64,000 nt of DNA from the human T2T-CHM13v2.0 reference genome, Homo sapiens (GCA_009914755.4 CP068257.2:928001-992000); one strand, 5' to 3'. Counted from the stretch's first letter, positions 15,300 to 31,500 are shown. Notes: generated by a model from the sequence alone, not told the origin. A program made the numbers and translations.

Positions 15300-16560
15300 G
15301 GTGCTGTAACTTTAGTCTAGACTCTGGCTACACGGCATTGTGACATATCACTGCACTGATCAACCAGGTGATATAACTCTTGTCTAGGCTCTGCCTACAG
15401 GGGGCTTGTGACATAGCTCAGCACTGATCACCCAGATGATATAACTCTTCTCTAGGATCTGCCTACAGGGTGCTTTGTGACATATCCCTGCAATGATCAC
15501 CCAGGTGATCTAACTCTGGTTTAAGCTCTGCCTAAAGGGGCATTGTGACAGATCTCTGCACTGATCACTCAGGTGATGTAACTATTGTCTAGGCTCTGCT
15601 TAAAGGGGCCTTGTCACATATCTCTGCACTGATCACCCAGGTGATGTAACTCTTGTCTAGCCTCTGCTTTCACGGCATATTGTGACATATCTATGCACTG
15701 ATCACCTTAGTGATGTAACAATTGTGTAGGCTCGGCCTACAGGGGAATATTGACATATCTCTGCACTGTTAACCAAGGTGATTTAACTCTTGTCTAGGCT
15801 GTGCCCACAGGGGGATTGAGACATATCTCTGCACTGATCCCGAGGTGATCCAAATGTTGCCTGGTCTCTGCCTACTGGGGACATTGTGACATATCTCTGC
15901 ACTTATCTCCCAGGTGCTGTAACTTTAGTCTAGGCTCTGGCTCCACGGCATTGTGACATATCACTGCACTGATCACCCAGGTGATATAACCCTTGTCTAG
16001 GCTCTGCCTACAGGGGGCTTGTGACATAGCTCTGCACTGATCACCCAGGTGATATAACTCTTCTCTAGGATCTGCCTACAGGGTGCTTTGTGACATATCC
16101 CTGCAATGATCACCCAGGTGATCTAACTCTGGTTTAAGCTCTGCCTAAAGGGGCATTGTGACAGATCTCTGCACTGATCACTCAGGTGATGTAACTATTG
16201 TCTAGGCTCTGCTTAAAGGGGCCTTGTCACATATCTCTGCAACGATCACCCAGGTGATGTAACTCTTGTCTAGCCTCTGCTTTCACGGCATATTGTGACA
16301 TATCTATGCACTGATCACCTTAGTGATGTAACACTTGTGCAGGCTCGGCCTACAGGGTAATATTGACATATCTCTGCACTGTTAACCGAGGTGATTTAAC
16401 TCTTGTCTAGGCTGTGCCCACAGGGGGATTGAGACATATCTCTGCACTGATCCCGAGGTGATGCAACTGTTGCCTGGTCTCTGCCTACTGGGGACATTGT
16501 GAAATATCTCTGCACTGATCTCCCAGGTGCTGTAACTTTAGTCTAGGCTCTGGCTACACG
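15300..16560. repeat. Internal 612-bp (9-monomer) tandem duplication within one HOR copy; this HOR copy is 2,586 bp.
   Basis: Spacing from 13968 to 16554 is 2586 = 1974+612. The segment starting at ~15301 ('gtgctgtaactttagtctagactctggctacacggcattgtgacatatcactgcactgatcaaccaggtgatataac...') is repeated from ~15901. Confidence 0.7.
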
Positions 16561-19500
16561 GCATTGTGACATATCACTGCACTGATCACCCAGGTGATAT
16601 AAATCTTGTCTAGGCTCTGCCTACAATGGCCTTGTGACATATCTCTGCACTGATCACCCAGGTGATATAACTCTTCTCTAGGATCTGACCACAGGGTGCT
16701 TTGTGACATTTCCCTGCAATGATCACTCAGGTGATATACCACTTGCCAAGGCTCTGCCTACAGGGGCATTGCAATGTATCTCTGCACTGATCACCTAGGT
16801 CTTGTAACTCTTTTCTTTGATCTGCCCTCAGGGTGCTTTTTGACGTATCCCAGCAAGGATTACCCAGGTGATGTACCTCTCATCAAAGCTCTGCCTACAG
16901 GCACATTGCGATGTATCTCTGCACTGATCACCTAGGTCATGTAACTTTTGTCTAGGCTCTGCCTACGATTGCATTGTGACATATCTCTGCACTAATCATC
17001 CAAGTGATGTAACCCTTGTCTAGGATCTGCCTAAATTAACTTTGTGACGTAACCCTGTACTGATCATCCAAGTGATGGGGCTTTTGTCCAGGCTCTTCCT
17101 AAGGGGGCATTGTGACATATTTCTGCATTGATAACCCAGGTGGCGAACTCTTCTCTTGGATCTGCCTATGGGGGCATTGTGACAAATCTCTGCACTGATC
17201 ACCCAGGTGATGTAACTGTTGTGTAACCTCTGCCTACAGGGGAATTGTGAGAGATCTCGCCACTGATCACCCAAGTGATGTAACCATTGTCTAGGCTTTG
17301 CGTACAGGGGGCTTTGTGACATACCTTTGCACTGATCACCCAGGTGATGTAACACATCTATGTTCGACCTAAAGGAGCTTTGTGACATATCTCTGCACTG
17401 ATCACTTAGGTGATGTAACACTTTTATAAACACTGCCTACAGGGAATTTTGACAAATCTCTGCACTGATCACCTAGGTGATGTAACGCTTGTCTACCCTC
17501 TGTCCAACGGGGCATTGTGAAATATCTCTGCACTGATCACCCAGGTGATTCAACTCTTGACTAGGATCTGCCTACAGAGGTTATTGTGAAATATCTCTGC
17601 ACTGATAAACTAGGTGGTGTAACACTTATCCAAGCTCTGCCTACATGGGCGTTTTCACATATCCCTGAAGTGATGACAAAGGTGATGTAACTCCTGCCTA
17701 GGCTTTGCCTATAGGGGACATTGGATATATATCTGCACTGATCACCCAGGTGATGCAACTCTTGCCTAGGCTTTTCCTACAGGGGACATTGTGACATATC
17801 GCTTCAATGATCACCCATGTGATGCAACTCTTGCCTAGGCTTTGCCTACAGGGGACATTGTGACATATCTCTGCACTGATCTCCTAGGTGCTGTAACTTT
17901 AGTCTAGACTCTGGCTACACGGCATTGTGACATATCACTGCACTGATCAACCAGGTGATATAACTCTTGTCTAGGCTCTGCCTACAGGGGGCTTGTGACA
18001 TAGCTCAGCACTGATCACCCAGGTGATATAACTCTTCTCTAGGATCTGCCTACAGGGTGCTTTGTGACATATCCCTGCAATGATCACCGAGGTGATCTAA
18101 CTCTGGTTTAAGCTCTGCCTAAAGGGGCATTGTGACAGATCTCTGCACTGATCACTCAGGTGATGTAACTATTGTCTAGGCTCTGCTTAAAGGGGCCTTG
18201 TCACATATCTCTGCAATGATCACCCAGGTGATGTAACTCTTGTCTAGCCTCTGCTTTCACGGCATATTGTGACATATCTATGCACTGATCACCTTAGTGA
18301 TGTAACACTTGTGCAGGCTCGGCCTACAGGGTAATATTGACATATCTCTGCACTGTTAACCGAGGTGATTTAACTCTTGTCTAGGCTGTGCCCACAGGGG
18401 GATTGAGACATATCTCTGCACTGATCCCGAGGTGATCCAACTGTTGCCTGGTCTCTGCCTACTGGGGACATTGTGACATATCTCTGCACTGATCTCCCAG
18501 GTGCTGTAACTTTAGTCTAGGCTCTGGCTACACGGCATTGTGACATATCACTGCACTGATCACCCAGGTGATATAAATCTTGTCTAGGCTCTGCCTACAA
18601 TGGCCTTGTGACATATCTCTGCACTGATCACCCAGGTGATATAACTCTTCTCTAGGATCTGACCACAGGGTGCTTTGTGACATTTCCCTGCAATGATCAC
18701 CCAGGTGATATACCACTTGCCAAGACTCTGCCTACAGGGGCATTGCAATGTATCTCTGCACTGATCACCTAGGTCTTGTAACTCTTTTCTTTGATCTGCC
18801 CTCAGGGTGCTTTTTGACGTATCCCAGCAAGGATTACCCAGGTGATGTACCTCTCATCAAGGCTCTGCCTACAGGCACATTGCGATGTATCTCTGCACTG
18901 ATCACCTAGGTCATGTAACTTTTGTCTAGGCTCTGCCTACGATTGCATTGTGACATATCTCTGCACTAATCATCCAAGTGATGTAACACTTGTCTAGGAT
19001 CTGCCTAAATTAACTTTGTGACATAACCCTGTACTGATCATCCAGGTGATGGGGCTTTTGTCTAGGCTCCTAAGGGGGCATTGTGACATATTTCTGCATT
19101 GATCACCCAGGTGGCGAACTCTTCTCTTGGATCTGCCTATGGGGGCATTGTGACAAATCTCTGCACTGATCACCCAGGTGATATAACTCTTGTGTAAACT
19201 CTGCCTACAGGGGAATTGTGAAAGATCTCGCCACTGATCACCCAAGTGATGTAACCATTGTCTAGGCTTTGCGTACAGGGGGCTTTGTGACATACCTTTG
19301 CACTGATCACCCAGGTGATGTAACACATCTAAGTTCGGACTAAAGGAGCTTTGTGACATATCTCTGCACTGATCACTTAGGTGATGTAACACTTTTATAA
19401 GCACTGCCTACAGGGAATTTTGAAAAATCTCTGCACTGATCACCTAGGTGATGTAACGCTTGTCTACCCTCTGTCCAACGGCGAATTGTGAAATATCTCT

Positions 19501-22500
19501 GCACTGATCACCCAGGTGATTCAACTCTTGACTAGGATCTGCCTACAGAGGTTATTGTGAAATATCTCTGCACTGATAAACTAGGTGGTGTAACACTTAT
19601 CCAAGCTATGCCTATAGGGGCGTTTTCACATATCCCTGAAGTGATAACAAAGGTGATGTAACTCTTGCCTAGGCTTTGCCTACAGGGGACATTGGATATA
19701 TATCTGCACTGATCACCCAGGTGATGCAACTCTTGCCTAGGATTTTCCTACAGGGGACATTGTGACATATCTCTGCACTGATCTCCCAGGTGCTGTAACT
19801 TTAGTCTAGACTCTGGCTACACGGCATTGTGACATATCACTGCACTGATCAACCAGGTGATATAACTCTTGTCTAGGCTCTGCCTACAGGGGGCTTGTGA
19901 CATAGCTCAGCACTGATCACCCAGATGATATAACTCTTCTCTAGGATCTGCCTACAGGGTGCTTTGTGACATATCCCTGCAATGATCACCCAGGTGATCT
20001 AACTCTGGTTTAAGCTCTGCCTAAAGGGGCATTGTGACAGATCTCTGCACTGATCACTCAGGTGATGTAACTATTGTCTAGGCTCTGCTTAAAGGGGCCT
20101 TGTCACATATCTCTGCACTGATCACCCAGGTGATGTAACTCTTGTCTAGCCTCTGCTTTCACGGCATATTGTGACATATCTATGCACTGATCACCTTAGT
20201 GATGTAACAATTGTGTAGGCTCGGCCTACAGGGGAATATTGACATATCTCTGCACTGTTAACCGAGGTGATTTAACTCTTGTCTAGGCTGTGCCCACAGG
20301 GGGATTGAGACATATCTCTGCACTGATCCCGAGGTGATCCAAATGTTGCCTGGTCTCTGCCTACTGGGGACATTGTGACATATCTCTGCACTGATCTCCC
20401 AGGTGCTGTAACTTTAGTCTAGGCTCTGGCTACATGGCATTGTGACATATCACTGCACTGATCACCCAGGTGATATAAATCTTGTCTAGGCTCTGCCTAC
20501 AATGGCCTTGTGACATATCTCTGCACTGATCACCCAGGTGATATAACTCTTCTCTAGGATCTGACCACAGGGTGCTTTGTGGCATTTCCCTGCAATGATC
20601 ACCCAGGTGATATACCACTTGCCAAGACTCTGCCTACAGGGGCATTGCAATGTATCTCTGCACTGATCACCTAGGTCTTGTAACTCTTTTCTTTGATCTG
20701 CCCTCAGGGTGCTTTTTGACGTATCCCAGCAAGGATTACCCAGGTGATGTACCTCTCATCAAGGCTCTGCCTACAGGCACATTGCGATGTATCTCTGCAC
20801 TGATCACCTAGGTCATGTAACTTTTGTCTAGGCTCTGCCTACGATTGCATTGTGACATATCTCTGCACTAATCATCCAAGTGATGTAACACTTGTCTAGG
20901 ATCTGCCTAAATTAACTTTGTGACATAACCCTGTACTGATCATCCAGGTGATGGGGCTTTTGTCTAGGCTCTGCCTAAGGGGGCATTGTGACATATTTCT
21001 GCATTGATCACCCAGGTGGCGAACTCTTCTCTTGGATCTGCCTATGGGGGCATTGTGACAAATCTCTGCACTGATCACCCAGGTGATGTAACTCTTGTGT
21101 AAACTCTGCCTACAGGGGAATTGTGAGAGATCTCGCCACTGATCACCCAAGTGATGTAACCATTGTCTAGGCTTTGCGTACAGGGGGCTTTGTGACATAC
21201 CTTTGCACTGATCACCCAGGTGATGTAACACATCTAAGTTCGGACTAAAGGAGCTTTGTGACATATCTCTGCACTGATCACTTAGGTGATGTAACACTTT
21301 TATAAGCACTGCCTACAGGGAATTTTGACAAATCTCTGCACTGATCACCTAGGTGATGTAACGCTTGTCTACCCTCTGTCCAACGGCGCATTGTGAAATA
21401 TCTCTGCACTGATCACCCAGGTGATTCAACTCTTGACTAGGATCTGCCTACAGAGGTTATTGTGAAATATCTCTGCACTGATAAACTAGGTGGTGTAACA
21501 CTTATCCAAGCTCTGCCTATAGGGGCGTTTTCACATATCCCTGAAGTGATAACAAAGGTGATGTAACTCTTGCCTAGGCTTTGCCTACAGGGGACATTGG
21601 ATATATATCTGCACTGATCACCCAGGTGATGCAACTCTTGCCTAGGATTTTCCTACAGGGGACATTGTGACATATCGCTTCAATGATCACCCATGTGATG
21701 CAACCCTTGCCTAGGCTTTGCCTACAGGGGACATTGTGACATATCTCTGCACTGATCTCCCAGGTGCTGTAACTTTAGTCTAGACTCTGGCTACACGGCA
21801 TTGTGACATATCACTGCACTGATCAACCAGGTGATATAACCCTTGTATAGGCTCTGCCTACAGGGGGCTTGTGACATAGCTCTGCACTGATCACCCAGGT
21901 GATATAACTCTTCTCTAGGATCTGCCTACAGGGTGCTTTGTGACATATCCCTGCAATGATCACCCAGGTGATCTAACTCTGGTTTAAGCTCTGCCTAAAG
22001 GGGCACTGTGACAGATCTCTGCACAGATCACTCAGGTGATGTAACTATTGTCTAGGCTCTGCTTAAAGGGGCCTTGTCACATATCTCTGCAATGATCACC
22101 CAGGAGATGTAACTCTTGTCTAGCCTCTGCTTCCGCGGCATATTGTGACATATCTATGCACTGATCACCTTAGTGATGTAACACTTGTGTAGGCTCGGCC
22201 TACAGGGGAATATTGACATATCTCTGCACTGTTAACCGAGGTGATTTAACTCTTGTCTAGGCTGTGCCCACAGGGGGATTGAGACATATCTCTCCACTGA
22301 TCCCGAGGTGATGCAACTGTTGCCTGGTCTCTGCCTACTGGGGACATTGTGACATATCTCTGCACTGATCTCCCAGGTGCTGTAAATTTAGTCCAGGCTC
22401 TGGCTACACGGCATTGTGACATATCACTGCACTGATCACCCAGGTGATATAAATCTTGTCTAGGCTCTGCCTACAATGGCCTTGTGACATATCTCTGCAC

Positions 22501-25500
22501 TGATCACCCAGGTGATATAACTCTTCTCTAGGATCTGACCACAGGGTGCTTTGTGGCATTTCCCTGCAATGATCACCCAGGTGATATACCACTCGCCAAG
22601 GCTCTGCCTACAGGGGCATTGCAATTTATCTCTGCACTGTTCACCTAGGTCTTGTAACTCTTTTCTTCGATGTGCCCTCAGGGTGATTTTTGACGTATCC
22701 CAGCAAGGATTACCCAGGTGATGTACCTCTCATCAAGGCTCTGCCTACAAGCACATTGCGATGTATCTCTGCACTGATCACCTAGGTCATGTAACTTTTG
22801 TCTAGGCTCTGCCTACGATGGCATTGTGACATATCTCTGCACTAATCATCCAAGTGATGTAACACTTGTCTAGGATCTGCCTAAATTAACTTTGTGACAT
22901 AACCCTGTACTGATCATCCAGGTGATGGGGCTTTTGTCTAGGCTCTGCCTAAGGGGGCATTGTGACATATTTCTGCATTGATCACCCAGGTGGCGAACTC
23001 TTCTCTTGGATCTGCCTATGGGGGCATTGTGACAAATCTCTGCACTGATCACCCAGGTGATGTAACTCTTGTGTAACCTCTGCCTACAGGGGAATTGTGA
23101 GAGATCTCGCCACTGATCACCCAAGTGATGTAACCATTGTCTAGGCTTTGCGTACTGGGGGCTTTGTGACATACCTTTGCACTGATCACCCAGGTGATGA
23201 AACACATCTAAGATCGGCCTAAAGGAGCTTTGTGACATATCTCTGCACTGATCACTTAGGTGATGTAACACTTTTATAAGCACTGCCTACAGGGAATTTT
23301 GACAAATCTCTGCACTGATCACCTAGGTGATGTAACGCTTGTCTACCCTCTGTCCAACGGGGCATTGTGAAATATCTCTGCACTGATCACCCAGGTGATT
23401 CAACTCTTGACTAGGATCTGCCTACAGAGTTTATTGTGAAATATCTCTGCACTGATAAACTAGGTGGTGTAACCCTTATCCAAGCTCTGCCTACAGGGGT
23501 GTTTTCACATATCCCTGAAGTGATGACAAAGGTGATGTAACTCTTGCCTAGGCTTTGCCTACAGGGGACATTGGACATATATCTGCACTGATCACCCGGG
23601 TGATGCAACTCTTGCCTAGGCTTTGCCTACAGGGGACATTGTGACATATCTCTGCACTGATCTCCCAGGTGCTGTAACTTTAGTCTAGACTCTGGCTACA
23701 CGGCATTGTGACATATCACTGCACTGATCAACCAGGTGATATAACTCTTGTCTAGGCTCTGCCTACAGGGGGCTTGGGACATAGCTCTGCACTGATCACC
23801 CTGGTGATATAACTCTTCTCTAGGATCTGCCTACAGGGTGCTTTGTGACATATCCCTGCAATGATCACCCAGGTGATCTAACTCTGATTTAAGCTCTGCC
23901 TAAAGGGGCATTGTGACAGATCTCTGCACTGATCACTCAGGTGATGTAACTATTGTCTAGGCTCTGCTTAAAGGGGCCTTGTCACATATCTCTGCAATGA
24001 TCACCCAGGTGATGTAACTCTTGTCTAGCCTCTGCTTTCACGGCATATTGTGACATATCTATGCACTGATCACCTTAGTGATGTAACACTTGTGTAGGCT
24101 CGGCCTACATGGTAATATTGACATATCTCTGCACTGTTAACCGAGGTGATTTAACTCTTGTCTAGGCTGTGCCCACAGGGGGATTGAGACATATCTCTGC
24201 ACTGATCCCGAGGTGATACAACTGTTGCCTGGTTTCTGCCTACTGGGGACATTGTGACATATCTCTGCACTGATCGCCCAGGTGCTGTAACTTTAGTCTA
24301 GGCTCTGGCTACACGGCATTGTGACATATCACTGCACTGATCACCCAGGTGATATAAATCTTGTCTAGGCTCTGCCTACAATGGCCTTGTGACATATCTC
24401 TGCACTGATCACCCAGATGATATAACTCTTCTCTAGGATCTGACCACAGGGTGCTTTGTGACATTTCCCTGCAATGATCACACAGGTGATATACCACTTG
24501 CCAAGGCTCTGCCCACAGGGGCATTGCAATGTATCTCTGCACTGATCACCTAGGTCTTGTAACTCTTTTCTTCGATCTGCCCTCAGGGTGCTTTTTGACG
24601 TATCCCAGCAAGGATTACCTAGGTGATGTACCTCTCATCAAGGCTCAGCCTACAGGCACATTGCGATGTATCTCTGCACTGATCACCTAGGTCATGTAAC
24701 TTTTGTCTAGGCTCTGCCTACGATGGCATTGTGACATATCTCTGCACAAATCATCCAAGTGATGTAACACTTGTCTAGGATCTGCCTAAATTAACTTTGT
24801 GACATAACCCTGTACTGATCATCCAGGTGATGGGGCTTTTGTCTAGGCTCTGCCTAAGGGGGCATTTTGACATATTTCTGCATTGATCACCCAGGTGGCG
24901 AACTCTTCTCTTGGATCTGCGTATGGGGGCATTGTGACAAATCTCTGCACTGATCACCCAGGTGATGTAACTGTTGTGTAACCTCTGCCTACAGGGGAAT
25001 TGTGAGAGATCTCGCCACTGATCACCCAAGTGATGTAACCATTGTCTAGGCTTTGCGTACAGGGGTCTTTGTGACATACCTTTGCACTGATCACCCAGGT
25101 GATGTAACACATCTATGTTCGGCCTAAAGGAGCTTTGTGACATACCTCTGCACTGATCACTTAGGTGATGTAACAGTTTTATAAGCACTGCCTACAGGGA
25201 ATTTTGACAAATCTCTGCACTGATCACCTAGGTGATGTAACGCTTGTGTACCCTCTGTCCAACGGGGCATTGTGAAATATCTCTGCACTGATCACCCAGG
25301 TGATTCAACTCTTGACTAGGATCTGCCTACAGAGGTTATTGTGAAATATCTCTGCACTGATAAACTAGGTGGTGTAACCCTTATCCAAGCTCTGCCTATA
25401 GGGGCGTTTTCACATATCCCTGAAGTGATGACAAAGATGATGTAACTCTTGCCTAGACTTTGCCTACAGGGGACATTGGACATATATCTGCACTGATCAC

Positions 25501-28500
25501 CCAGGTGATGCAACTCTTGCCTAGGCTTTGCCTACAGGGGACATTGTGACATATCTCTGCACTGATCTCCCAGGTGCTGTAACATTAGTCTAGACTCTGG
25601 CTACACGGCATTGTGACATATCACTGCACTGATCAACCAGGTGATATAACTCTTGTCTAGGCTCTGCCTACAGGGGTCTTGTGACATAGCTCTGCACTGA
25701 TCACCCAGGTGATATAACTCTTCTCTAGGATCTGCCTACAGGGTGCTTTGTGACATATCCCTGCAATGATCACCCAGGTGATCTAACTCTGGTTTAAGCT
25801 CTGCCTAAAGGGGCATTGTGACAGATCTCTGCACTGATCACTCAGGTGATGTAACTATTGTCTAGGCTCTGCTTAAAGGGGCCTTGTCACATATCTCTGC
25901 AATGATCACCCAGGTGATGTAACTCTTGTCTAGCCTCTGCTTTCACGGCATATAGTGACATATCTATGCACTGATCACCTTAGTGATGTAACACTTGTGT
26001 AGGCTCGGCCTACAGGGGAATATTGACATATCTCTGCACTGTTAACCGAGGTGATTTAACTCTTGTCTAGGCTGTGCCCACAGGGGGATTGAGACATATC
26101 TCTGCACTGATCCCGAGGTGATCCAACTGTTGCCTGGTCTCTGCCTACTGGGGACATTGTGACATATCTCTGCACTGATCTCCCAGGTGCTGTAACTTTA
26201 GTCTAGGCTCTGGCTACACGGCATTGTGACATATCACTGCACTGATCACCCAGGTGATATAAATCTTGTCTAGGCTCTGCCTACAATGGCCTTGTGACAT
26301 ATCTCTGCACTGATCACCCAGGTGATATAACTCTTCTCTAGGATCTGACCACAGGGTGCTTTGTGACATTTCCCTGCAATGATCACCCAGGTGATATACC
26401 ACTTGCCAAGGCTCTGCCTACAGGGGCATTGCAATGTATCTCTGCACTGATCACCTAGGTCTTGTAACTCTTTTCTAGGATCTGCCCACAGGGTGATTTT
26501 TGACGTATCCCAGCAAGGATTACCCAGGTGATGTACCTCTCATCAAGGCTCTGCCTACAGGCACATTGCGATGTATCTCTGCACTGATCACCTGGGTCAT
26601 GTAACTTTTGTCTAGGCTCTGCCTACGATGGCATTGTGACATATCTCTGCACTAATCATCCAAGTGATGTAAACAATGTCTAGGATCTGCCTAAATTAAC
26701 TTTGTGACATAATCCTGTACTGATCATCCAGGTGATGGGGCTTTTGTCTAGGCTCTGCCTAAGGGTGCATTGTGACATATTTCTGCATTGATCACCCAGG
26801 TGGCGAACTCTTCTCTTGGATCTGCCTATGGGGGCATTGTGAGAAATCTCTGCACTGATCACCCAGGTGATGTAACTGTTGTGTAACCTCTGCCTACAGG
26901 GGAATTGTGAGAGATCTCTCCACTGATCACCCAAGTGATGTTACCATTGTCTAGGCTTTGCGTACAGGGGGCTTTGTGACATACCTTTGCACTGATCACC
27001 CAGGTGATGTAACATATCTAAGTTCGGCCTAAAGGAGCTTTGTGACATATCTCTGCACTGATCACTTAGGTGATGTAACACTTTTATAAGCACTGCCTAC
27101 AGGGAATTTTGACAAATCTCTGCACTCATCACCTAGGTGATGTAACGCTTGTCTACCCTCTGTCCAACGGGGCATTGTGAAATATCTCTGCACTGATCAC
27201 CCTGGTGATTCAACTCTTGACTAGTATCTGCCTACAGAGGTTATTGTGAAATATCTCTGCATTGATAAACTAGGTGTTGTAACCCTTGTCCAAGCTCTGC
27301 CTATAGGGACGTTTTCACATATCCCTGAAGTGATGACAAAGGTGATGTAACTCTTGCCTAGGCTTTTCCTACAGGGGACATTGTGACATATCGCTTCAAT
27401 GATCACCCATGTGATGCAACTCTTGCCTAGGCTTTGCCTACAGGGGACATTGTGACATATCTCTCCACTGATCTCCCATGTGCTGTAACTTTAGTCTAGG
27501 CTCTGGCTACATGGCACTGTGACATATCACTGCACTGATCAACCAGGTGATATAACACTTCTATAGGCTCTGCCTACAGGGGGCTTGTGACATACCTCTG
27601 CACTGATCACACAGGTGATATAACTCCTCTCTAGGATCTACCTACTGGGTGCTTGGTGACATATCCCTGCACTGATCACCCAGGTGATCTAACTCTCGTC
27701 TGAGCTCTGCCTAAAGGGCATTGTGACAGATCTCTGCACTGATCACCCAGGTGATGTAACTCTTGTCTAGGCTCTCCTTGCAGGGCATATTGTGACATAT
27801 CTATGCACTGATCACCTTAGTGATGTAACACTTGTGTATGCTCGGCCTACAGGGAAATCTTGACATATCTCTGCACTGTTAACCGAGGTGATTTAACTCT
27901 TGCCTAGGCTGTGCCCACAGGGGGATTGAGACATATCTCCGCACTGATCCCGAGGTGATCCAACTCTTGCCTGGTCTCTGCCTACTGGGGACATTGTGAC
28001 ATATCTCTGCACTGATCAACCAGGTGATATAACTCTTGTCTAGGCTCTGCCTACAATGGTCTTGTGACATACCTCTGCACTGACCACCCAGGTGATATAA
28101 CTCTTCTCTAGGATCTGACCACAGGGTGCTTTGTGACATATCCCTGCAATGATCACCCAGGTGATATACCACTTGCCAAGGTTCTGCCTACTGGGGCATT
28201 GCAATGTATCTCTGCACTAATCACCTTGGTCTTGTAAATCTTTTCTAGAATCTGCCCACAGGGTGCTTTGTGACGTATCCCAGCAAGGATTACCCAGGTG
28301 ATGTACCTCTCATCAAGGCTCTGCCTACAGGCACATTGCGATGTATCTCTGCACTGATCATATAGGTCATGTAACTTTTGTCTAGGCTCTGCCTACGATA
28401 GCATTGTGACATATGTCTGCACTAATCATCCAAGTGATGTAACACTTGTCTAGGATCTGCCTAAATTAACTTTGTGACATAACCCTGTACTGATCATCCA

Positions 28501-31500
28501 GGTGATGGGGCTTTTCTCTAGGCTCTGTCTAAGGGGGCATTGTGACATATTTCTGCATTGATCACCCACGTGGCGAACTCTTCTCTTGGATCTGCCTATG
28601 GGGGCATTGTGACAAATCTCTGCACTGATCACCCAGGTGATGTAACTGTTGTGTAACCTCTGCCTACAGGGAAATTGTGAGAGATCTCTCCACTGATCAC
28701 CCAAGTGATGTAACCATTGTCTAGGCTTGGCTTACAGGGGGATTTGTGACATACCTTTGCACTGATCACCCAGGTGATGTAACACATCTAAGTTCGGCCT
28801 AAAGGAGCTTTGTGACATATCTCTGCACTGATCACTTAGGTGATGTAACACTTTTATAAGCACTGCCTACAGGGAATTTTGACAAATCTCTGCACTGATC
28901 ACCTAAGTGATGTAACGCTCGTCTACCCTCTGTCCAACGGGGCATTGTGAAATATCTCTGCACTGATCACCCAGGTGATTCAACTCTTGACTAGGATCTG
29001 CCTACAGAGGTTATTGTGAAATATCTCTGCACTGATAAACTAGGTGGTGTATCCCTTATCCAAGCTCTGCCTACAGGGGCGTTTTCACATATCCCTGAAG
29101 TGATGACAAAGGTGATGTAACTCTTGCCTAGGCTTTGCCTACAGGGGACATTGGACATATATCTGCACTGATCACCCATGTGATGTAACTCTTGCCTAGG
29201 CTTTGCCTACAGGGGACATTGTGACATATCTCTGCACTGATCTCCCAGGTGCTGTAACTTTAGTCTAGACTCTGGCTACACGGCATTGTGACATATCACT
29301 GCACTGATCAACCAGGTGATATAACTCTTGTCTAGGCTCTGCCTACAGGGGGCTTGTGACATATCTCTGCACTGATCACCCAGGTGATATAACTCTTCTC
29401 TAGGATCTGCCTACAGGGTGCTTTGTGACATATCCCTGCAATGATCACCCAGGTGATCTAACTCTGGTTTAAGCTCTGCCTAAAGGGGCATTGTGACAGA
29501 TCTCTGCACTGATCACTCAGGTGATGTAACTATTGTCTAGGCTCTGCTTAAAGGGGCCTTGTCACATATCTCTGCACTGATCACCCAGGTGATGTAACTC
29601 TTGTCTAGCCTCTGCTTTCACGGCATATTGTGACATATCTATGCACTGATCACCTTAGTGATGTAACACTTGTGTAGGCTCGGCCTACGGGGGAACATTG
29701 ACATATCTCTGCACTGTTAACCGAGGTGATTTAACTCTTGTCTAGGCTGTGCCCACAGGGGGATTGAGACATATCTCTGCACTGATCCCGAGGTGATCCA
29801 ACTTTTGCCTGGTCTCTGCCTACTGGGGACATTGTGACATATCTCTGCATTGATCTCCCAGGTGCTGTAACTTTAGTCTAGGCTCTGACTACACGTCATT
29901 GTGACATATCACTGCACTGATCACCCAGGTGATATAAATCTTGTCTAGGCTCTGCCTACAATGGCCTTGTGACATATCTCTGCACTGATCACCCAGGTGA
30001 TATAACTCTTCTCTAGGATCTGACCACAGGGTGCTTTGTGACATTTCCCTGCAATGATCACCCAGGTGATATACCACTTGCCAAGGCTCTGCCTACAGGG
30101 GCATTGCAATGTATCTCTGCACTGATCACCTAGGTATTGTAACTCTTTTCTAGGATCTGCCCACTGGGTGCTTTTTGACGTATCCCAGCAAGGATTACGC
30201 AGGTGATGTACCTCTCATCAAGGCTCTGCCTACAGGCACATTGCGATGTATCTCTGCACTGATCACCTGGGTCATGTAACTTTTGTCTAGGCTCTGCCTA
30301 CGATGGCATTGTGACATATCTCTGCACTAATCATCCAAGTGATGTAACCAATGTCTAGTATCTGCCTAAATTAACTTTGTGACATAACCCTGTACTGATC
30401 ATCCAGGTGATGGGGCTTTTGTCTAGGCTCTGCCTAAGAGTGCATTGTGACATATTTCTGCATTGATCACCCAGGTGGCGAACTCTTCTCTTGGATCTGC
30501 CTATGGGGGCATTGTGAGAAATCTCTGCACTGCTCACCCAGGTGATGTAACTGTTGTGTAACCTCTGCCTACAGGGGAATTGTGAGAGATCTCTCCACTG
30601 ATCACCCAAGTGATGTTACCATTGTCTAGGCTTTGCGTACAGGGGGCTTTGTGACATACCTTTGCACTGATCACCCAGTTGATGTAACACATCTAAGTTC
30701 GGCCTAAAGGAGCTTTGTGACATATCTCTGCACTGATCACTTAGGTGATGTAACACTTTTATAAGCACTGCCTACAGGGAATTTTGACAAATCTCTGCAC
30801 TGATCACCTAGGTGATGTAACGCTTGTCTACCCTCTGTCCAACGGGGCATTGTGAAATATCTCTGCACTGATCACCCTGGTGATTCAACTCTTGACTAGT
30901 ATCTGCCTACAGAGGTTATTGTGAAATATCTCTGCATTGATAAACTAGGTGTTGTAACCCTTGTCCAAGCTCTGCCTATAGGGACGTTTTCACATATCCC
31001 TGAACTGATGACAAAGGTGATGTAACTATTGCCTAGGCTTTGCCTACAGGGGATATTGGACATATATCTGCACTGATCACTCAGGTGATGCAACTCTTGC
31101 CTAGGCTTTGCCTACAGGGGACATTGTGACATATCTCTCCACTGATCTCCCATGTGCTGTAACTTTAGTCTAGGCTCTGGCTACATGGCATTGTGACATA
31201 TCACTGCACTGATCAACCAGGTGATATAACACTTCTATAGGCTCTGCCTACAGGGGGCTTGTGACATACCTCTGCACTGATCACACAGGTGATATAACTC
31301 CTCTCTAGGATCTACCTACTGGGTGCTTGGTGACATATCCCTGCACTGATCACCCAGGTGATCTAACTCTCGTCTGAGCTCTGCCTAAAGGGCATTGTGA
31401 CAGATCTCTGCACTGATCACCCAGGTGATGTAACTCTTGTCTAGGCTCTCCTTGCAGGGCATATTGTGACATATCTGTGCACTGATCACCTTAGTGATGT

